Shown in pieces: positions 26,959 through 32,000 of a DNA stretch of 32,000 bases. The stretch lies in assembly GCA_048886185.1 (NCBI GenBank), contig JBHLKY010000015.1:1-32000 (forward strand), written 5' to 3'. The notes under the pieces are model-generated. The model was not told where the DNA came from. It worked only from the letters and a program-made list of their open reading frames with translations, and did not search any database. The stretch comes from Candidatus Hermodarchaeota archaeon (lineage in GTDB: Archaea; Asgardarchaeota; Heimdallarchaeia; Hodarchaeales; Hodarchaeaceae). Numbering within the stretch: position 1 is the stretch's first letter; every line of letters begins with the position of its first letter. The position numbers and the translations under genes were made by a program.

Positions 26959-27861
26959 TTAAATGAATACAAGATTGTTATTCATCTTGGTTTTTAACAA
27001 ACGATAATAATAAATGATATTTTTATAATCATTTCTCACAGGAATCATTTTTTTGGAACTCACTCTCACTCTAGATCCTTCAATATCGATCAATGAAAAA
27101 TAATAACAAGTTAATGGTCCAGGATTCAAATAAATGGTGTTTTTCCATTTTTTAATCGTAGGAAGTTCATGATAATGCCCAAATATTGATATTCTAGGCT
27201 TCATATGATTTATTAGTTTTGAGATGGAAGTCGATCCCCCCTTCCTTATCTTCCCTTCTATTTCATATTGAAATGCGGGTGCTTCATGAGTGACCAAGAT
27301 GTCAACGGTTGATTTTTTTATATCCCTTTTTTTTCTTAATATTGGTTTCAAGCGAGAATAAAAATCGTTCGGATGGAATTCCATATCACATAAAGGAATA
27401 TTATACTGTATTGGAATGAATTCTGATCCACCATAGCCCGCTATTTGTAAGTTACTGAATTTTTTCCTTGTTGTACACAAAAAAGATATTTTCGTGTTTG
27501 GCCATGTTTTTAACAATCGCTGTACCTCATAACTATCTACATTACCAGGTATATAAACTATAGGTGCTTTTAACGAACCTAATAAGGTTAGGATAGTTTT
27601 GACAGATTTGATCTGGGCGTGTACAAATTGTTTTCTTCCTCGTCCCTTGTAAACCCAATGTGTGTATTTTCTCTTTGAAAGATTGCCATGAGTCAAGATA
27701 TATTGAAGAATCAATCGGATAGGTGTAGTTTCAGGTAGATCCCCCGCAATTAAAATAAGATCTACTTTGATTTTACTCTCTTGAATTGTTGTTAGTAATT
27801 TGGAAACAGCTTTTGTGTTTCCATGAATATCCGCGAGAACTAAAATTCTGTAAATATACAT
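26959..27861 (-). CDS. Calcineurin-like metallophosphoesterase
   Basis: ADIHGN, IAGD, PGNVD, VTHE, FGHYHE, YLNPG. ATG 27861 preferred over 27942. Confidence 0.92.
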   Translation of the reverse strand: MYIYRILVLADIHGNTKAVSKLLTTIQESKIKVDLILIAGDLPETTPIRLILQYILTHGNLSKRKYTHWVYKGRGRKQFVHAQIKSVKTILTLLGSLKAPIVYIPGNVDSYEVQRLLKTWPNTKISFLCTTRKKFSNLQIAGYGGSEFIPIQYNIPLCDMEFHPNDFYSRLKPILRKKRDIKKSTVDILVTHEAPAFQYEIEGKIRKGGSTSISKLINHMKPRISIFGHYHELPTIKKWKNTIYLNPGPLTCYYFSLIDIEGSRVRVSSKKMIPVRNDYKNIIYYYRLLKTKMNNNLVFI

Positions 27862-28011
27862 CACACTAACCAATTCTTGATAATCATGATTTCCCAAACA
27901 AATTTGAAATAATTTTCCCATGATAAGGAAAAAAAATTTCATTATTCCCTGTATAGAATAATTATTTTCTTAATTTAACGTTCAAAGGTTTTTTGGAATT
28001 TCAGAGCTGAT

Positions 28012-28551
28012 TTATCTTATTGAGTGGTCTAGAATGTGTTTTCCTAGTAAAATAAATGGTTCCAAAGTGTTTTGCTGCTCGATCGTACTAGTCTCAACAA
28101 TTGGTGTGGCAAGACCAGTCTGGTTTGTGATAATTTTAGATAATAAGATACCTTCTTCAGCTGTCACAAATTCAGACATTTGATCACGTAAATCAATTTT
28201 ATTTGCAACTAGCACAATAGGAATCTTTCCTGTGTGTTCTAATAACTCATTTGTCCATCGTGGTATGTTTTGATACGTTTCACGACGAGAAACATCAAAA
28301 ATTAGAATTGCCCCGTTTGAACGACTGTAAAATTGATGTCTAATAGATTGGAAAGATTGTTGCCCTGAAAGATCCCAGATTTGGAAAACGATCTTACGGG
28401 AATCAACATCAAATACTTTACGACCAATATCCACTCCAATTGTAGGTTTATACGTCCCTGATATCTCGCCTCCTAAAAATAATTTAACAAAAGTTGTTTT
28501 ACCTACTGCATAGTCTCCACAGATAACTATCTTTGACGTGTGAGTCAACAT
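28012..28551 (-). CDS. Rab-like small GTPase (Ras superfamily)
   Basis: G1 GDYAVGKT, G2 PTIG, G3 WDLSGQ, G4 NKID, G5-like ETST; RabF-like IGVDI, FQIW, SFQSI, FYSRS, LIFDVS. Confidence 0.93.
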   Translation of the reverse strand: MLTHTSKIVICGDYAVGKTTFVKLFLGGEISGTYKPTIGVDIGRKVFDVDSRKIVFQIWDLSGQQSFQSIRHQFYSRSNGAILIFDVSRRETYQNIPRWTNELLEHTGKIPIVLVANKIDLRDQMSEFVTAEEGILLSKIITNQTGLATPIVETSTIEQQNTLEPFILLGKHILDHSIR

Positions 28552-28576
28552 TTGTGAGCCTAAATTTTATTTAGGG

Positions 28577-28858
28577 TTATCTATACTTGTGTCCTTCTTG
28601 GAGTAAGCGCTCATCGATTTTTTCTTCTTCATCTGCTAATGTAAATCCTGCTCCAATTCTTTTTCCTGTTGCTAGTAGAAATCCTGATCTACAAATGCTT
28701 TCTGCTTGCCGACGAGCTGTTCTTCGCATAATTAAACCAGCTTCGGGGGAGTACTCCAACTTTCCTGTTTGCGTGGCTTCATCTAAGATCAGAACTGCGT
28801 CGCCAGTCTCCTCTCTACCTTCAGTAAACGACTTGTTCTTGAAAACTAGTCTAACCAT
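28577..28858 (-). CDS. Small hypothetical protein, possible single gelsolin-like domain
   Basis: 93 aa with AGGAG RBS, 25 bp upstream of and co-oriented with the GTPase. The fold is inferred only from sequence pattern; confidence refers to the CDS. Confidence 0.75.
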   Translation of the reverse strand: MVRLVFKNKSFTEGREETGDAVLILDEATQTGKLEYSPEAGLIMRRTARRQAESICRSGFLLATGKRIGAGFTLADEEEKIDERLLQEGHKYR

Positions 28859-29062
28859 GTTTCTTTACTCCTGTTAGTTTTTATTTTCTCTTTTTCCTTT
28901 AGAGTTATTATTTAATTGATCTGTATTCAACCCTTTTAGAACTCATTAAAAGTATTTGGAAATCAATTGTTGATACCTGATGTATATAATGATATTAATT
29001 GTGAGAAATTATAAACATATTCATTTGTATGTGAACTAGCATTTTTTAATGGATCTGTGATA

Positions 29063-29401
29063 ATGGTGAAACATCCTAAATTTGTCACCTCATTAGCGAT
29101 AATTGGTGACTCTTTTGACCAGTGGAAGAATATTAAGAAACTTTGTGATCAATCTACGCAATCTTATGGTCTTGGTCTTGGAATTTTATCTCGTACAATT
29201 GAGACAGATTTAGGCTACTTTCCTGTAAAATTTCTCGTTATATTTATAGAAAAAAAATTCACTCATAATATCAAACCCACTTTTAAATTTACAATGAATG
29301 AAATAACAAATGAAGGAATTGAAAATATTCTTACAAGAATCGGCCGAAAGACTATTATTAAAGCTCATATAAACATGAAAACTAAGATAAGCCAATTGTG
29401 A
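29063..29401 (+). CDS. Hypothetical protein resembling an internally deleted, inactive small GTPase
   Basis: LAIIGD (beta1), GLGILSRTIETDLGYFPVKFLVI (beta2-beta3) and PTFKFT...TNEGIENILTRIGRK (beta6-alpha5). ATG 29063 or GTG 29057. Confidence 0.6.
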   Translation: MVKHPKFVTSLAIIGDSFDQWKNIKKLCDQSTQSYGLGLGILSRTIETDLGYFPVKFLVIFIEKKFTHNIKPTFKFTMNEITNEGIENILTRIGRKTIIKAHINMKTKISQL

Positions 29402-29443
29402 TCTAGAGCTCGATGTTTATTGTCATTTAAGATATGAAAATCC

Positions 29444-30358
29444 TTATTTAGTACCTTCAATTTCATGCAATTTTGTTAAAAGGTCTTCCTGATCTTTTGT
29501 TAACGTCTTAGGATATTTATATTTCACTCTTACCTTTCTTTGTTTTCCATTTGCTGTATTGAAAGAAAGTACCGCATTTTCCTTCGTATTTTTAGGAATT
29601 ATTCCTTTCAATTCTTCTCCCAAAGGTGATTTAATTGTTAGATCTGATCCTCGGATAGCTAAAAAAATAGATATTGGGATTTCTAAAACATCATCTATTA
29701 AAGAGATTTCAACTAATAAATCTCCTGGGGGTCCTCCCATCTTCCCTAGATTTCCCTTGCCAGATATTCGTAGCACTTTACCGTTTTCAATATTAGGTGG
29801 TACCGGTATACGAATTTTTTCTTTTTTAATCGTTCCATTTTGAAATTTACGACTTAAACTGATCGTTTTTTTTAAGTTTGTGGGCATATCTTCGATTTCA
29901 GATGTTTTTATCTTTAAAGAAATTCTCACATTTGAACCTTTTTGAGGGCTTGGAGTACTTCTGAAAGGGCTTCTCTGACTAAAAAATGGAGAACCCTGGT
30001 GTTGAAAGGATGAAAAAATATCATCCCCCCCAAAAAATTGTGAGAATATTTCAAAAGGATCAATATCCATCCTAAATCCCCCTGGTCCCCCTCGAGTATG
30101 CTGAGAGAAAGCTTCATGGCCAAACATGTCATACTGTTGTCTTTTCTCCTTATCAGAAAGAACAGAATAAGCTTCAGAGATTTCTTTGAATTTTTCTTCT
30201 GCAACTTTTGGGTCTAAACCACTCTCTTTTGCTCTATCAGGATGGTATTTCAAAGCCATTTTACGATATGCTTTTTTAATCGCTGAAAGATCAGAGTTAC
30301 GAGAGACTCCAAGAGCGTCATAATAATCAGTTTTGCCCACAGAAGAGACCTCGTACAA
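29444..30358 (-). CDS. dnaJ: Class B J-domain co-chaperone (DnaJ/CbpA-like, no zinc finger)
   Basis: [24 protein letters not shown]-rich linker and GKGNLG...GGPPGDLLV; no CxxCxGxG repeats. Confidence 0.9.
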   Translation of the reverse strand: MYEVSSVGKTDYYDALGVSRNSDLSAIKKAYRKMALKYHPDRAKESGLDPKVAEEKFKEISEAYSVLSDKEKRQQYDMFGHEAFSQHTRGGPGGFRMDIDPFEIFSQFFGGDDIFSSFQHQGSPFFSQRSPFRSTPSPQKGSNVRISLKIKTSEIEDMPTNLKKTISLSRKFQNGTIKKEKIRIPVPPNIENGKVLRISGKGNLGKMGGPPGDLLVEISLIDDVLEIPISIFLAIRGSDLTIKSPLGEELKGIIPKNTKENAVLSFNTANGKQRKVRVKYKYPKTLTKDQEDLLTKLHEIEGTK

Positions 30359-30395
30359 TTAAATTAAGTAGATTAATTAAAGCTAAAACCAGTTA

Positions 30396-30740
30396 TTATT
30401 CTTCGAGTGTCTTTATAATCTCTCTTTCCAGTTTTTTCATGTCGGCTCCAACGATCTTTGAGACAACTTTATTACCAATTATGATTGCAAATGTAGGTAC
30501 ACCATGGACCCGAAGTTTAGCTGCTACCCCCTGGTTGTAATCTACATTAATTTTTATAAAGTCCGCCCCTTGATATTTTTTACTTAATTGTTCAAAAATA
30601 GGAGCGCTCACTTTACAAGGGGGGCACCAATCAGTAAAACAATCTACTACCAATGGACGTAAAGAATTGGATTCCGTGTTAGCTTTGATTAAATCAGCAA
30701 ATTCTCGTTCGTTGACTATGCGTGCCATGATAACCATCAA
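30396..30740 (-). CDS. trxA: Thioredoxin
   Basis: VVDCFTDWCPPCK active site, FIKINVD, and cis-Pro motif GVPTF. Confidence 0.93.
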   Translation of the reverse strand: MMVIMARIVNEREFADLIKANTESNSLRPLVVDCFTDWCPPCKVSAPIFEQLSKKYQGADFIKINVDYNQGVAAKLRVHGVPTFAIIIGNKVVSKIVGADMKKLEREIIKTLEE

Positions 30741-30977
30741 TATGATTTTGAGCTGATTTTTTCACAGGATATTTATATTGACTAGCCTACAAAAAAATGA
30801 AAGACTGTCTAGGAATCTTAATTTTAAATAGAACATCTTGGAGGAAATTATTATTCCGTTTTTAGAAAATTTTTTTGATTTAATTGCACTATTTCAACAA
30901 GATAGCTTGATTTTTTCTTTATCATTTAATTCAATAATTTAGAATTTACAATAAGCACAGATTCGAGTTTTCGCATG

Positions 30978-31084
30978 TTCCTAAAATTTCTAGGAAAAGT
31001 AATCAAAGCAAAACAGTATTAGAATATTAAATGAAGAGCCAAATTGTTCTGTAAATGAAGTGAAAGTGCCCAAATTTCTAGGAA
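30978..31084. promoter_or_regulatory. Candidate operator: palindrome TTCCTA-N7-TAGGAA plus a second copy of AAATTTCTAGGAA
   Basis: Palindrome at 30978-30996; identical 13-mer at 30984-30996 and 31072-31084; half-site TCTAGGAA also at 30808-30815; all lie in a divergent intergenic region. Confidence 0.4.
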
Positions 31085-31105
31085 TTCCATTAAAGTGAAA
31101 CTATA

Positions 31106-31918
31106 ATGGTTCTATTCGTCGAACTTACTCCATATATACCTCTATTTAATATGATCTTTTTCATCGCAGGTGTACCTTTTGTATTATGGTTGAATAATAA
31201 AACTCAAAACGACTGGATTTGTCTAACTCTTGGAATAATCTATATGATTTGTTATGGATTGATCGCACAACCGGAGTGGGATGAATGGCTCTTTTTCTTT
31301 TTTGGACTAATTGTAGGTTATGTTACAGATTATTGGGGAGTAAAAGCTGGTAAATGGAAATATCATCCTTGGGATCCAGAATATGGATATTCCGCATATG
31401 TGGGATTTAGTTGGGGAATGGTCTCGATCTTCACTTATAATATTGGAAAGGTAATATTAGCTATCCCTGAGCTTGCTTTCCTACCAGGAGTATTATTCAT
31501 GATACCCACATTCTTTTTTGAATGGAGATTTGGTAAAACACGTAAAGACCAATATTTCTTGTTCGCTCGTGTGATTTTTACATTCTTCGCCTTTCTAGCT
31601 GCAGATAGTTTAGGGTTAATGTTCATTGCTTGCTTTGTTGGAGCATATATTGAGTTTGCAGGCGTTAATTGGATCAAGAATTGGCTTTATATTGATACCA
31701 TGAGTTATATATTCATTTCTTTTGGCTACTCTTTTATGATTCTTTGTTCAAAGATGCTAGTAGACTTGATAAGTGGTATAATTACACCTGCAGTATGGAT
31801 TTTTTTCATTTTGGCTATTTTAGCTGCTTTGATAGACATATTTTGGGCACAGAAAAAAGTAGATGTAGATACGAGTAAAGCAATAGTTGCTGCAAAGCAA
31901 TTTCACGAGAATAGATGA
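31106..31918 (+). CDS. Polytopic membrane protein with internal duplication (G-x3-D/E-x2-GV...W-x-Y repeats; DUF2878/CruF-like)
   Basis: About 8-9 hydrophobic helices; repeats VGYVTDYWGVKAGKWKY and VGAYIEFAGVNWIKNWLY. Confidence 0.8.
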   Translation: MVLFVELTPYIPLFNMIFFIAGVPFVLWLNNKTQNDWICLTLGIIYMICYGLIAQPEWDEWLFFFFGLIVGYVTDYWGVKAGKWKYHPWDPEYGYSAYVGFSWGMVSIFTYNIGKVILAIPELAFLPGVLFMIPTFFFEWRFGKTRKDQYFLFARVIFTFFAFLAADSLGLMFIACFVGAYIEFAGVNWIKNWLYIDTMSYIFISFGYSFMILCSKMLVDLISGIITPAVWIFFILAILAALIDIFWAQKKVDVDTSKAIVAAKQFHENR

Positions 31919-32000
31919 ATAGGACTCATTCTGTAATATCAAAATGAATTCATATTAAAAGAGAATAAAGATTAAAAAAAATGGAAATTCGTGTATGGTA

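Noticed and set aside
28587-28877. 96-aa plus-strand ORF opposite the 93-aa gene
   Set aside because: The minus-strand ORF has an AGGAG RBS, typical composition and operon context; this one reads as its antisense shadow.
29210-31677. ORFs 29210-29395, 29559-29843, 29926-30204 and 31435-31677
   Set aside because: Antisense or nested in better-supported genes, with no motifs.
1-32000. tRNA, rRNA, transposase, integrase or phage genes; recoding signals
   Set aside because: No GC-rich cloverleaf or rRNA-like stretch in the intergenic gaps, no recombinase or DDE motifs, and no split ORFs suggesting frameshift or stop readthrough.

Overview
AT-rich (roughly one-third GC by eye), gene-dense prokaryotic chromosomal window with about 30 credible CDSs. 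I found no rRNA, tRNA, CRISPR array, transposase or integrase. The gene set suggests an Asgard archaeon, possibly Heimdallarchaeia-like (inference only): a Rab-like small GTPase, an AN1 zinc finger next to an archaeal-type M50 protease, Hef-like and KaiC-like proteins, and GGTGA/AGGAG ribosome-binding sites. Confident calls are a bacterial-type valyl-tRNA synthetase, a trans-4-hydroxy-L-proline dehydratase (HypD) glycyl-radical enzyme with its activase, an MFS transporter, Nudix, SAM methyltransferase, two GNATs, SRPBCC, DinB, an AlkZ/YcaQ-family glycosylase, HAD, an FAD-linked oxidase, a metallophosphoesterase, a class B J-domain protein and thioredoxin. The most interesting leads are: (1) a STAND-type P-loop ATPase ending in an alpha-SNAP-like helical domain, tightly coupled to a 718-aa all-helical protein; (2) a Rab-like GTPase flanked by a possible single gelsolin-fold protein and an internally deleted pseudo-GTPase; (3) several intact genes whose enzymes have lost catalytic motifs (helicase, esterase, KaiC); (4) a ~97-bp direct repeat that duplicates the MFS gene 3' end around a 1-kb orphan cargo. 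Family comparisons are from recalled consensus motifs; no searches were run.
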